The position numbers and the translations under genes were made by a program. DNA of 38,230 bases. Origin: Klebsiella pneumoniae. Lineage in GTDB: Bacteria > Pseudomonadota > Gammaproteobacteria > Ga0077536. Each line of letters opens with the position of its first letter. Position 1 is the first letter of the stretch. Below are positions 29,304 through 38,230 of this stretch, piece by piece. Location: the NCBI GenBank assembly GCA_945873015.1, contig CAMCBY010000002.1:1-38230 (forward strand). The letters are read 5' to 3'. The notes beneath the pieces were generated by a model that made no database searches, was not told the origin of the DNA, and was given only the letters and a program-made list of their open reading frames with translations.

Positions 29304-30262
29304 GTGCGCCGGACCGTCAGCAGTTTGAGCAGATGGTGCGCGACGCCGGTCGCGTGGGCGTATTGATGGGTGGCCGCTCGGGCGAACGCGAGGTGTCCTT
29401 GAAGAGCGGTACCGCAGTCACCGCCGCACTGTGTAATTCCGGCATCGACGCGACCGCGCTCGACTGGGCGGGCACGCTTGAATCCTTGCTCGGCTTCGCG
29501 GGTTATGACCGCTACTTCATCGCGCTGCACGGACGTGGCGGCGAAGACGGCCAGGTGCAGGCCGCGCTCGATCTGCTTGGCGCACCCTATACCGGCACTG
29601 GGGTCGCGGGCTGCGCGATTGCGATGGACAAATATCGCAGCAAACTCGCGTGGCTGGGTGCCGGGCTGCCGACGCCGCCGTTTCGACTCATCGATGACAA
29701 CACCGACGTGCAGAGTGTCGTCGCCGAACTCGGCCTGCCGCTGATCGTCAAGCCGGGCCGCGAGGGTTCGAGTCTTGGTGTATCGAAGGTCATGCTTGCC
29801 GACGACTTCGGCGCGGCAGTCGCAGTCGCGCGTGAATTCGACGACCTGGTGATTGCGGAGCGCTGCATTACTGGCGGTGGTGAATACACATTGTCGATCG
29901 TGGCCGGCCAGACCTTGCCGATGATTCGCCTCGAAACGCCGCACGAGTTCTATGACTACGCGGCCAAGTATCTGGTCGATACCACTTCCTATATCTGCCC
30001 GTGCGGTCTGACGGCGGCAGAGGAGACGGCAGCCGCAGCGCTTGGCCTGCGTGCCTTTGAGGCCCTCGACGGCAGCGGTTGGGGACGCGTCGATTTTATG
30101 CGTGACGCGCAAGGCCGCATGTGGCTGATCGAACTGAATACCGTGCCCGGCATGACGGATCATTCCCTGGTGCCGATGGCGGCGCGCGAGGATGGCTGGA
30201 CCTTTGAACAATTGGTGGTGGCTATCCTGCAATCGAGCCGCGCACGCGAGACCAGCGCATGA
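29300..30262 (+). CDS. ddl: D-alanine--D-alanine ligase
   Basis: GGRSGEREVSL.SG, ALHGRGGEDG..Q..L.LLG.PYTG, MDK..SK, KP..EGSS.G.SKV, GWGRVDFM.D..G...L.E.NT.PGMT.HSL.P ATP-grasp blocks. ATGA overlap with the murB stop. Confidence 0.95.
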   Translation: MSAPDRQQFEQMVRDAGRVGVLMGGRSGEREVSLKSGTAVTAALCNSGIDATALDWAGTLESLLGFAGYDRYFIALHGRGGEDGQVQAALDLLGAPYTGTGVAGCAIAMDKYRSKLAWLGAGLPTPPFRLIDDNTDVQSVVAELGLPLIVKPGREGSSLGVSKVMLADDFGAAVAVAREFDDLVIAERCITGGGEYTLSIVAGQTLPMIRLETPHEFYDYAAKYLVDTTSYICPCGLTAAEETAAAALGLRAFEALDGSGWGRVDFMRDAQGRMWLIELNTVPGMTDHSLVPMAAREDGWTFEQLVVAILQSSRARETSA

Positions 30263-31011
30263 GCCACGCCGTACCCAAAGTCACCGAACCCGTGCCGCCG
30301 CCGGTGTCACCGACCACCATGATTTTCCTGGTGATGGTGGTCGCGACCGTGATCGGCATGGTGTGGCTCGCGCGCGAACTCTCCGATCCGGCGGCCTTGC
30401 CGATCCGGCGCGTGATGGTCGAAGGCGAGTTCAAACATTTGACTACCGAGCATGTACAGCGCGCGGTGGTCGGTGCCGTTCACGCCGGATTCTTCGGCGT
30501 CGATGTCACCGACATCCGTCGCCTGCTGCAGGATGAAGCCTGGATCCGCGACGCCAATGTCTCGCGCATGTGGCCCGATGGCCTGCATGTGACGATAGTC
30601 GAACAGATTCCCGTCGCGCGCTGGGGCGATTACGGCCTGTTGAATGAGCGCGCCGACATCTTCGTGCCGGCAGCGGAAGACTTGCCGCGCGATCTTGTGC
30701 AACTCAACGGACCGCTCGGCTCCGAGCAGGAAGTGCTGGAGCGGTTTGCTTACATCCGCGACGAGCTTGCCACGATAGGTTTGAAAGCAGTGGCCTTGAG
30801 CCTGTCGGATCGGCGCGCGTGGACCATCACCACCGAAGGCGGCCGCGAGATTCTGCTTGGCCGGCGCTCACTGGAAGAACGCCTGGCACGCTTCAAGTGG
30901 GGATATACCAAGGGTTTGAATGCGGCCTGGGAACGTATCGGGCATGTCGACATGCGTTACACCAACGGATTTGCGGTGGGCGAGCGCGGATCAGCGAGAA
31001 GGAATGGTTGA
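30259..31011 (+). CDS. ftsQ: Cell division protein FtsQ
   Basis: 250-aa bitopic protein: TM segment MIFLVMVVATVIGMVWL, then a POTRA-like segment (IRRVMVEGEFKHLT) and an FtsQ beta domain. It occupies the fixed ddl-ftsQ-ftsA position, with an ATGA overlap with ddl. Confidence 0.9.
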   Translation: MSHAVPKVTEPVPPPVSPTTMIFLVMVVATVIGMVWLARELSDPAALPIRRVMVEGEFKHLTTEHVQRAVVGAVHAGFFGVDVTDIRRLLQDEAWIRDANVSRMWPDGLHVTIVEQIPVARWGDYGLLNERADIFVPAAEDLPRDLVQLNGPLGSEQEVLERFAYIRDELATIGLKAVALSLSDRRAWTITTEGGREILLGRRSLEERLARFKWGYTKGLNAAWERIGHVDMRYTNGFAVGERGSARRNG

Positions 31012-31065
31012 AATGAAGGGGTTGCGGACTGAAGTCGGCACTGCGCCATGGCGCGGGAGCAAAAC

Positions 31066-32304
31066 ATGATGGTGAAAAAGTCGGACAAGAAGCTGCTGGT
31101 CGGCCTCGACATCGGCACCTCCAAGGTGGTGGCGATCGTCGGTGAGATCTCGGCTGACGGTTCCATCGAAGTGGTGGGACTCGGTTCCCATCCGTCACGC
31201 GGCCTGAAAAAAGGCGTGGTGGTAAATATCGAGTCGACGGTGCAGTCCATCCAGCGCGCCATCGAAGAAGCGGAGCTCATGGCGGGCTGTGAGATTCACT
31301 CGGTCTATGCCGGTATCGCTGGTGGACATATCCGCAGTTTGAATTCCCACGGCATCGTTGCCATCCGTGACAGCGAAGTCACACATAACGACGTCGAGCG
31401 TGTGATCGATGCGGCGCGTGCGGTAGCGATCCCGGCTGATCAGAAAATCCTGCATATCCTGCCGCAGGAGTTCATCATCGACGGTCAGGAAGGCATACGC
31501 GAACCGATAGGCATGTCCGGTGTGCGCCTCGAATCGCGTGTGCACATGGTGACCGGCGCGGTGTCGGCGGCGCAGAATATCGTCAAGTGTGTGCGGCGCT
31601 GCGGATTGGAAGTCGACGACATCATTCTGCAGCAACTGGCGTCGTCCTATGCGGTGTTGACCGAGGACGAAAAAGATCTCGGAGTGTGCCTGTGTGACAT
31701 CGGCGGCGGCACTACGGACATCGCGGTGTTCGTGCATGGCGCCATTCACCATTCGGCGGTGATTCCAATTGCCGGCGATCAGGTCACCAACGACATCGCA
31801 GTGGCGTTGCGCACGCCCACCCATCACGCCGAGGACATCAAGATTCGTTACGCCTGTGCGCTGACCCAGCTCGCCAATCCCGATGAAACCATCGAGGTGC
31901 CGAGCGTGGGCGATCGGCCGCCGCGGCGCCTGGTACGACAGACCCTGGCGGAAGTGGTCGAGCCCCGTTACGAAGAGCTGTTCAGCCTGGTCGCGGCTGA
32001 ACTCAAACGCAGTGGCTTTGAAGAAATGATGGCTGCCGGCGTAGTGCTGACCGGTGGCGGATCAAAGATGGAAGGCGTGATTGAACTCGCCGAGGAAGTG
32101 TTCCACATGCCGGTCAGACTCGGCACGCCGCAATACGTGGCGGGGCTGGTCGATGTGGTGCGCAATCCGATTTATGCCACGGGCGTCGGCCTGCTGCTGT
32201 TCGGCAATCAGGCCGGTGGCGGCACCTACACCCAACCCGCGCGTTTCGAGAGCACGGCAGGACTCTGGGACCGCATGAAGGCTTGGTTTCATGGAAATTT
32301 TTAA
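31066..32304 (+). CDS. ftsA: Cell division protein FtsA
   Basis: [65 protein letters not shown], and a C-terminal amphipathic helix [19 protein letters not shown] lies 6 nt before ATG 31066; ATG 31048 and 31069 are alternatives. Confidence 0.95.
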   Translation: MMVKKSDKKLLVGLDIGTSKVVAIVGEISADGSIEVVGLGSHPSRGLKKGVVVNIESTVQSIQRAIEEAELMAGCEIHSVYAGIAGGHIRSLNSHGIVAIRDSEVTHNDVERVIDAARAVAIPADQKILHILPQEFIIDGQEGIREPIGMSGVRLESRVHMVTGAVSAAQNIVKCVRRCGLEVDDIILQQLASSYAVLTEDEKDLGVCLCDIGGGTTDIAVFVHGAIHHSAVIPIAGDQVTNDIAVALRTPTHHAEDIKIRYACALTQLANPDETIEVPSVGDRPPRRLVRQTLAEVVEPRYEELFSLVAAELKRSGFEEMMAAGVVLTGGGSKMEGVIELAEEVFHMPVRLGTPQYVAGLVDVVRNPIYATGVGLLLFGNQAGGGTYTQPARFESTAGLWDRMKAWFHGNF

Positions 32305-32420
32305 GGCTCATCGCCGCCGGCCGCGAGGCCGCACGACGCTGCATACAAACGCTGGTTGAAACGAAACAGATAACAGTCACTCATCCCCAGGCGGGATGGA
32401 TAGTAGACGGAGGGAAGAAG

Positions 32421-33620
32421 ATGTTCGAACTCATGGACTCTTACAGCCAACGCGCGGTCATCAAGGTGATCGGCGTCGGCGGTGGCGGTGGCAACGCGGT
32501 GCAGCACATGCTGAGTGCCGACATCGACGGTGTTGAATTCATCTGCGCGAATACCGACGCGCAGGTGTTGAAGAACTCGCCGGTGAAAACCACCTTGCAA
32601 CTCGGCGCGGATATCACCAAGGGGCTGGGTGCAGGCGCCAATCCGGAAATCGGCAAACGCGCGGCGATGGACGACCGCGACCGCATCGGTGATGTGCTCG
32701 AAGGTTCCGACATGATTTTCATCACCGCCGGCATGGGCGGTGGCACCGGTACCGGTGCGGCACCGGTGGTGGCGCAGATCGCGAAGGAGATGGGCATTCT
32801 GACCGTCGCGGTCGTGACCCGTCCGTTCCCGTTCGAAGGCAAGAAGCGCGCGGCGATTGCCGACCAGGGCATTAAAGATCTCGCGCAGTACGTCGATTCG
32901 CTGATTACCATCCCCAACGAAAAGCTGTTGTCGGTGCTCGGCCGTGACATCAGCCTGCTCGATGCGTTCAAGGCCGCCAACGACGTGTTGCTTGGCGCGG
33001 TGCAGGGTATTGCCGAGCTGATTACCTGTCCCGGCCTCATCAACGTCGACTTTGCCGACGTTCGCACCGTGATGTCTGAGATGGGTATGGCGATGATGGG
33101 TTCCGGCAGCGCTCGCGGTCAGGACCGTGCACGCATCGCCGCTGAAGCTGCGATCTCGAGCCCGCTGCTGGAAGATATCAATCTGTCCGGTGCCAAGGGC
33201 ATCCTGGTCAACGTGACTTCCGGACTCGATCTCAAAATGGGCGAGTTCGAGGAAGTCGGCAACACCGTCAAGGCATTTGCCTCGGACAATGCGACCGTGG
33301 TGGTCGGCACCGTCATCGACCCGAACATGGAAGATGAAATCCGTGTCACGGTGGTGGCGACCGGTATCAGCTGCGAAACCCGCCAGAAGGAAGAGCCGAC
33401 CCCGGTGGTACAGCAGACGGCCGCAATTGCGTCTGCCGGCCCGACACCGGTGGGGAGCAACGCACCTTCGGCGCGTCGCAGCGAGGACGATATCGATTTT
33501 CGTCGCATGGACAGGCCGACCGTGATTCGCAACCGCGAAGAGCGGGTATTACCTGACCTCAGCGATGGCAATACTGATTACCTCGACATTCCGGCGTTTC
33601 TGCGTCGCCAGGCTGACTGA
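32421..33620 (+). CDS. ftsZ: Cell division GTPase FtsZ
   Basis: [14 protein letters not shown], tubulin signature [20 protein letters not shown], and the conserved C-terminal peptide [23 protein letters not shown] Shine-Dalgarno precedes ATG 32421; the track start at 32283 extends over the ftsA end and spacer. Confidence 0.97.
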   Translation: MFELMDSYSQRAVIKVIGVGGGGGNAVQHMLSADIDGVEFICANTDAQVLKNSPVKTTLQLGADITKGLGAGANPEIGKRAAMDDRDRIGDVLEGSDMIFITAGMGGGTGTGAAPVVAQIAKEMGILTVAVVTRPFPFEGKKRAAIADQGIKDLAQYVDSLITIPNEKLLSVLGRDISLLDAFKAANDVLLGAVQGIAELITCPGLINVDFADVRTVMSEMGMAMMGSGSARGQDRARIAAEAAISSPLLEDINLSGAKGILVNVTSGLDLKMGEFEEVGNTVKAFASDNATVVVGTVIDPNMEDEIRVTVVATGISCETRQKEEPTPVVQQTAAIASAGPTPVGSNAPSARRSEDDIDFRRMDRPTVIRNREERVLPDLSDGNTDYLDIPAFLRRQAD

Positions 33621-33713
33621 GTCTTTCGGCGTCGAACGGGTGCAGGATACAAGGACAGCAAGGACGGTCGATTCGTGCAATAAGGACAGGGTTATCAAGC
33701 CTATACGGAGGTG

Positions 33714-33722
33714 TGGTATATT
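33714..33722 (+). promoter_or_regulatory. Candidate extended -10 promoter for lpxC
   Basis: TGgTATATT at 33714-33722, 43 nt upstream of the lpxC ATG. Only a poor -35 is present (TTATCA 33692-33697, 19-nt spacer). Pattern match by eye only. Confidence 0.35.
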
Positions 33723-33764
33723 CCTGACCCATAAGCGGACCTTCTCTCAGGAGAAGCGGAGAAC

Positions 33765-34676
33765 ATGATTAAACAACGCACCCTGAAGAACGTGATCCGG
33801 GCGACGGGTGTCGGCCTGCACACAGGGCGCAAGGTATTTTTGACCTTACGCCCAGCGCCGGCAGACACCGGTATCGTGTTTCGGCGCGATGATCTGAAGC
33901 CACCGGTGGAAATCGTGGCGCGCGCCGAGAACGTGGGCGATACCAGTCTTTCGACCAGTCTGGTCAAGGACAATGTCCGCATTTCGACGGTCGAGCATCT
34001 GTTGTCCGCCTTTGCGGGTCTGGGCATCGACAATGCCTATGTCGATCTCAGCGCCTCGGAAGTGCCGATCATGGACGGCAGCGCGGGTCCGTTTGTATTC
34101 CTGATTCAGTCGGCTGGTGTTGAAGAGCAGAACCAGCCCAAGAAATACATGCGCATCAAGCGCCAGATATCGGTGCGCGATGGCGACAAGTGGGCACGCT
34201 TCGAGCCGTTCGAAGGCTTCAAAGTGTCCTTCGCAATCGAATTTGATCACCCCTTCTTCCATCAGCGCAGCAAACACGCCGAGATCGATTTCTCGACCAC
34301 CAGCTTCGTCAAGGAAGTGGCGCGCGCGCGGACTTTCGGTTTCATGAAGGATGTCGAAATCCTGCGTGAACAGAACCTTGCGTTAGGTGGCAGCCTCGAC
34401 AATGCGGTGGTGGTGGACGATTATCGGGTCTTGAACGAAGACGGGCTGCGTTACGAGGACGAGTTCGTCAAACACAAGATTCTGGACGCCATCGGTGACC
34501 TCTATCTTCTGGGCCACAGCCTGATTGGTGCCTTCCACGGCTATAAGTCAGGTCATGAGCTGAACAATCGCCTGCTGCGCAAGATTCTCGCGACCAAGGA
34601 CGCCTTTGAACTGGTGACCTTTGATGGCGAAGAAAGCGCGCCGTTTTCATTCATGCAGCCGATCCCGGCGCACTGA
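33765..34676 (+). CDS. lpxC: UDP-3-O-acyl-N-acetylglucosamine deacetylase
   Basis: [41 protein letters not shown] is nearly identical to the E. coli LpxC N-terminus. Also [52 protein letters not shown]. Confidence 0.97.
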   Translation: MIKQRTLKNVIRATGVGLHTGRKVFLTLRPAPADTGIVFRRDDLKPPVEIVARAENVGDTSLSTSLVKDNVRISTVEHLLSAFAGLGIDNAYVDLSASEVPIMDGSAGPFVFLIQSAGVEEQNQPKKYMRIKRQISVRDGDKWARFEPFEGFKVSFAIEFDHPFFHQRSKHAEIDFSTTSFVKEVARARTFGFMKDVEILREQNLALGGSLDNAVVVDDYRVLNEDGLRYEDEFVKHKILDAIGDLYLLGHSLIGAFHGYKSGHELNNRLLRKILATKDAFELVTFDGEESAPFSFMQPIPAH

Positions 34677-34683
34677 GGACAAC

Positions 34684-35169
34684 CTAGCTTTTATCTGCAC
34701 CATGCCGCGCCAGGCGCTCGAGCGCCGCGCGGAGCTTGGTGTCCGTGGTGCATTGCGCCTCCTGTTGCAGGGAGGCGGCCGCGGCACGGGACATGTGCCG
34801 GCGCTCCGGCACGACTGCCCGGGGGCGCGGTTCAACGACATTCCGCACGCGCACGCTGCGCACCTCGCCAAACTCCGGATGGGCCTGCAATTTTTCCAGA
34901 ATTTCCGGGGTCTTGAAGCGTAACTGCGCCGCCCAGGCCGACCCTTCGGCCTGCAAAACCAGGCAGCCGTCGCGGACGGTGGCCAAACGAACGTGCTGCA
35001 CCAGAGACGGCGGCACGCAAGACATCAACGACTGATTCAGGTCTCGCAGGCGATTGGCCCGCTCGGTCAATTGCTTTAGCTGCGAAAATCTGGAGACAAT
35101 GTCTAAAACAGACAGGGGGGTGCTCACAGCGGCTGGCCTGAATTTATGGCTGGCATAGCCGTTGCCCAA
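34684..35169 (-). CDS. DUF721 (DciA-like) domain protein
   Basis: VRDGCLVLQAEGSAWAAQLRFKTPEILEKLQ....V.SVRVRV fits the DUF721 pattern as I recall it (..g.L.v.v.s.awa.eLr....ell..l......v..i.f.v). It lies divergent from an M23 peptidase between lpxC and secA. Start is ambiguous: TTG 35169 (161 aa) or GTG 35124 (146 aa); there is no ATG candidate. Confidence 0.6.
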   Translation of the reverse strand: MGNGYASHKFRPAAVSTPLSVLDIVSRFSQLKQLTERANRLRDLNQSLMSCVPPSLVQHVRLATVRDGCLVLQAEGSAWAAQLRFKTPEILEKLQAHPEFGEVRSVRVRNVVEPRPRAVVPERRHMSRAAAASLQQEAQCTTDTKLRAALERLARHGADKS

Positions 35170-35177
35170 CTAGTGTC

Positions 35178-36146
35178 ATGGAAATAATCATCCTATCAAA
35201 ATCGCGGGGCACAACCGCGAGGTTTCGTATCGGTTGGCAGGTGCTGGCGTTGACTGCGCTGGTGCTGGTCGGCGGTTCTTCCAGTCTCGCGTTCTGGGGA
35301 TACTCCCGTGGCGGCAATGCCATGGTCGAGGAGATCCTCAACAACCCCGAGCGCTCGGAGCAGATCTGGCAGCGCGAGATCATCAACCAACGCCAGTTCC
35401 TCAACACCCTGAACGAAGATATGAATGCGGATCTCAGCGCGCTGTCCGGTGCAATTGGTCGCATGCAGTCACAATTGACGCGCTTGGACGCGGTCGCCGA
35501 GCGGGTCGCCAAGTCTGCCCGCATCGATGCGGCGGAGTTCGATTTTGGTCACGAACCGGCCATCGGCGGGCCTCAGGGTGCCAATATCCAGGCGCCGCAG
35601 TGGACGGATCTGCTCGCCAACCTCGATTCCATCAAAGCCGAAGTGCAGTTGCGCGATGACCGACTGGGCGCAATTGAGGCTTTGATGCAGAACAAACAAT
35701 TGCACGATGACATGAAACCCGCCGGGCAACCCTTGAGCGATGGCTGGATTTCGTCCGGTTTCGGCTATCGGACCGACCCGGTGACCGGCGGCCGCGAATT
35801 TCATGACGGTCTCGATTTTGCGGGCAAGCCGGGTGAGCAGGTGCGTACCGTGGCAGCCGGGGTCGTGACCTGGTCGGGTAAGCGCTGGGGTTATGGCAAT
35901 CTGGTCGAGATCAGCCATGGCAATGGCTACATCACCCGTTATGCCCATAACCGCGCCAATCTGGTGGCTGTGGGTGAAACGGTCAAGAAGAACCAGGCGG
36001 TGGCACTGCTTGGTTCCACTGGCCGTTCCACCGGCCCGCATGTCCACTTTGAAGTTGTGCACAACGGCGACCGGGTCGACCCACTGAAGTTTGTCGGAGA
36101 CCCTTCGCGCCTGCGTGTTCAGGCCGGCACAGTGCTGCGACGTTGA
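35178..36146 (+). CDS. M23/LytM-family metallopeptidase (predicted murein endopeptidase), membrane-anchored
   Basis: 322 aa. N-terminal TM segment (WQVLALTALVLVGGSSSLAFW), a coiled-coil-like middle region, and a C-terminal LytM domain with intact zinc ligand motifs HDGLDFAG (HxxxD) and GPHVHFEV (HxH). Confidence 0.88.
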   Translation: MEIIILSKSRGTTARFRIGWQVLALTALVLVGGSSSLAFWGYSRGGNAMVEEILNNPERSEQIWQREIINQRQFLNTLNEDMNADLSALSGAIGRMQSQLTRLDAVAERVAKSARIDAAEFDFGHEPAIGGPQGANIQAPQWTDLLANLDSIKAEVQLRDDRLGAIEALMQNKQLHDDMKPAGQPLSDGWISSGFGYRTDPVTGGREFHDGLDFAGKPGEQVRTVAAGVVTWSGKRWGYGNLVEISHGNGYITRYAHNRANLVAVGETVKKNQAVALLGSTGRSTGPHVHFEVVHNGDRVDPLKFVGDPSRLRVQAGTVLRR

Positions 36147-36204
36147 GCGCAGCGGCGCCGGCGCCTGAATAGGCGCGTCGCGCACGCGGGATCTTCACTT
36201 CCCT

Positions 36205-36213
36205 TTGCTACAA
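36205..36213 (+). promoter_or_regulatory. Candidate extended -10 promoter for secA
   Basis: TGcTACAAT at 36205-36213, 74 nt upstream of the secA ATG. No convincing -35 is present. Pattern match by eye only. Confidence 0.3.
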
Positions 36214-36286
36214 TGCTGCCGCCGCGACCGCCGCCGCCCTAAGGTGGCCTGTCGGTCGCCGCCATATTCAAATCCAGCGCATTCCA

Positions 36287-38230
36287 ATGGCCGCAACCTC
36301 AAAGTCCCTACCCGCCCGCATTCTCCAGTCAGTGTTCGGCAGTCGTAACGACCGCCTGCTGAAGAAGATGCACAAGACTGTCCACGCCATCAATCAGCTG
36401 GAGAGTGGCATCGCTGCCTTGAGTGACGAGGCTTTGCGCGCCAAAACAAGCGAGTTCCGCGACCGCTACACGGCCGGCGAAACCCTCGACCAGTTGCTGC
36501 CGGAAGCTTTTGCGGTAGTGCGTGAGACCGGCAAGCGTGTGCTCGGCATGCGGCATTTCGACGAACAGATGATCGGCGGCATGGTGCTGCATCAAGGCAA
36601 GATTGCCGAAATGCGGACCGGTGAGGGTAAAACCCTGGTCGCCACCTTGCCGGCCTACCTCAATGCCCTGTCCGGCGGCGCGGTGCATGTGGTGACGGTC
36701 AACGATTACCTGGCGCGGCGCGACGCTGAATGGATGGGCCGGCTGTATAACGCGCTCGATATGTCGGTTGGTGTGATTCTGACGGGTATGTCCAGTCAGG
36801 ACCGTCAGCGCTCCTACAGTTGCGCCATCACCTACGCGACCAATAACGAACTCGGCTTCGATTATCTGCGCGACAACATGGCCTTCCACCCGAGTCAGCG
36901 GGTGCAGCGCGACCACGCGTTCGCGGTGGTCGACGAAGTGGACTCGATTCTCATCGACGAAGCGCGCACGCCTCTGATCATCTCAGGTCCGGCGGATGAC
37001 CGCAGTGACACCTATGCGCGCATCAACAAACTCATTCCGCTGCTCGAGCGTCAGGTATACACCGAAGAAAAGGATGCACCGGAACAACCCGGCGACTTTT
37101 CCGTCGATGAGAAGGCGCGTCAGGTCTATCTCAGCGAAGCGGGCCACGAGAAGATTGAACATCTGCTGGTCGAGGCCGACATGCTGGCGGAAGGCGACAG
37201 CCTCTACAGCGCCACCAACATCTCGCTCATGCACCATGTTTACGCCGCGATCCGCGCTCACGCGTTGTTCCAGAAAGACGTCGACTATGTGGTGAAAGAC
37301 GGCGAGATAGTCATCGTCGACGAATTCACCGGCCGCACCATGCCGGGCCGGCGCTGGTCGGAAGGTCTGCATCAGGCCGTCGAAGCGAAAGAAGGCGTGG
37401 CTATTCAACAAGAGAATCAGACGCTCGCCTCGATCACCTATCAGAACTACTTCCGGCTTTACAACAAACTCTCGGGAATGACCGGCACCGCCGATACCGA
37501 AGCCTATGAATTCCAGGAGATCTACGGCCTGGAAGTGGTGGTCATTCCGACCCACAGACCGATGGTGCGCGACGACCGCGGCGATCTGGTGTTTCTCACC
37601 GCCAAAGAAAAATTCGACGCCATCATCGATGACATCAAAGACTGCGCGCAGCGCGGCCAGCCGGTGCTGGTCGGCACGACGTCGATTGAGACCTCGGAAT
37701 ATCTGTCGGGTCTGCTGCGCAAGCAGAACATCAAACACGAAGTACTGAACGCCAAGTTCCACGAGAAAGAAGCACAGATCGTGGCGCAAGCCGGCCGGCC
37801 CGGCAGTGTGACGGTGGCGACCAACATGGCTGGTCGTGGTACCGATATCGTATTGGGTGGCAACCTCGGTGCGGAACTGGCCGAACTTGGCACCGAAGAT
37901 GCGGACCAGGTCGCCGCTGCACGCGCCGCCTGGGAAGCACGTCAGGCCGAGGTGCTGGCCGCCGGCGGCCTGCATATCGTCGGCACCGAAAGGCATGAAT
38001 CGCGTCGTATCGACAATCAGTTGCGCGGCCGCTCCGGTCGCCAGGGTGACCCGGGTTCCAGCCGCTTTTACCTCTCGCTCGAAGACAACCTCATGCGCAT
38101 CTTCGCCTCTGAGCGTGTCAGCGGTCTCATGCAGAAACTCGGCATGCAGGAGGGTGAGGCGATCGAGCACCCGTGGGTGAGCAAGGCGATCGAAAACGCG
38201 CAGCGCAAGGTTGAAGGACGGAACTTCGAT
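36287..38230 (+). CDS. secA: Preprotein translocase ATPase SecA, N-terminal 648 aa (3' end outside window)
   Basis: Absent from the ORF track because there is no stop in the window. My own translation from ATG 36287 is open to 38230 (exactly 648 codons) and colinear with E. coli SecA: [120 protein letters not shown], ending RKVEGRNFD at the edge. Confidence 0.97.
   Translation, partial: MAATSKSLPARILQSVFGSRNDRLLKKMHKTVHAINQLESGIAALSDEALRAKTSEFRDRYTAGETLDQLLPEAFAVVRETGKRVLGMRHFDEQMIGGMVLHQGKIAEMRTGEGKTLVATLPAYLNALSGGAVHVVTVNDYLARRDAEWMGRLYNALDMSVGVILTGMSSQDRQRSYSCAITYATNNELGFDYLRDNMAFHPSQRVQRDHAFAVVDEVDSILIDEARTPLIISGPADDRSDTYARINKLIPLLERQVYTEEKDAPEQPGDFSVDEKARQVYLSEAGHEKIEHLLVEADMLAEGDSLYSATNISLMHHVYAAIRAHALFQKDVDYVVKDGEIVIVDEFTGRTMPGRRWSEGLHQAVEAKEGVAIQQENQTLASITYQNYFRLYNKLSGMTGTADTEAYEFQEIYGLEVVVIPTHRPMVRDDRGDLVFLTAKEKFDAIIDDIKDCAQRGQPVLVGTTSIETSEYLSGLLRKQNIKHEVLNAKFHEKEAQIVAQAGRPGSVTVATNMAGRGTDIVLGGNLGAELAELGTEDADQVAAARAAWEARQAEVLAAGGLHIVGTERHESRRIDNQLRGRSGRQGDPGSSRFYLSLEDNLMRIFASERVSGLMQKLGMQEGEAIEHPWVSKAIENAQRKVEGRNFD

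Noticed and set aside
29117-30232. 371-aa minus-strand ORF antisense to ddl and the murB end
   Set aside because: Same reasoning: it is opposite a strongly conserved ATP-grasp ligase gene and has no motifs.
36329-38170. Minus-strand ORFs 36329-36916 (195 aa) and 36983-38170 (395 aa)
   Set aside because: Both are antisense to secA, whose + frame is open across the whole interval and carries all SecA motifs.

Overview
GC-rich, almost fully coding core-chromosome segment with gammaproteobacterial (Pseudomonas-like) gene order; about 39 protein genes plus one RNA gene. Gene order: purT (5'-truncated by the window) - gloA - mlaC - ibaG (BolA-like) - murA - hisG - hisD - hisC | petA-petB-petC (cytochrome bc1) - sspA - sspB | minus-strand block dolP/yraP - diaA-like SIS protein - yraN - lpoA | rsmI - rnpB (RNase P RNA) | Pmra promoter with MraZ boxes - mraZ-rsmH-ftsL-ftsI-murE-murF-mraY-murD-ftsW-murG-murC-murB-ddl-ftsQ-ftsA-ftsZ - lpxC | minus-strand DUF721/DciA-like gene | M23 peptidase - secA (3'-truncated by the window). 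The ORF track omits secA because it has no stop codon in the window. Every long minus-strand ORF lying over the plus-strand genes looks like a GC-driven antisense artefact. I found no mobile elements, CRISPR arrays, tRNA/rRNA genes, toxin or defence genes, or unexplained multi-gene cassette, so I cannot support a claim that this window holds a new biological system. It reads as a housekeeping region for cell envelope, cell division and respiration. The points worth a second look are small in scale: a textbook-quality Pmra promoter with three phased GTGGN repeats (predicted MraZ operator) and an upstream palindrome; rnpB in a 40-nt gap after rsmI; head-to-head start-codon crowding at lpoA/rsmI and at DUF721/M23; an mlaC without mlaFED or mlaB; AAGGAC(A/G)G repeats in the ftsZ-lpxC spacer; and a 259-bp hisC-petA spacer with direct repeats. 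Start codons marked as ambiguous were chosen by homolog N-termini and Shine-Dalgarno spacing read by eye, not computed.
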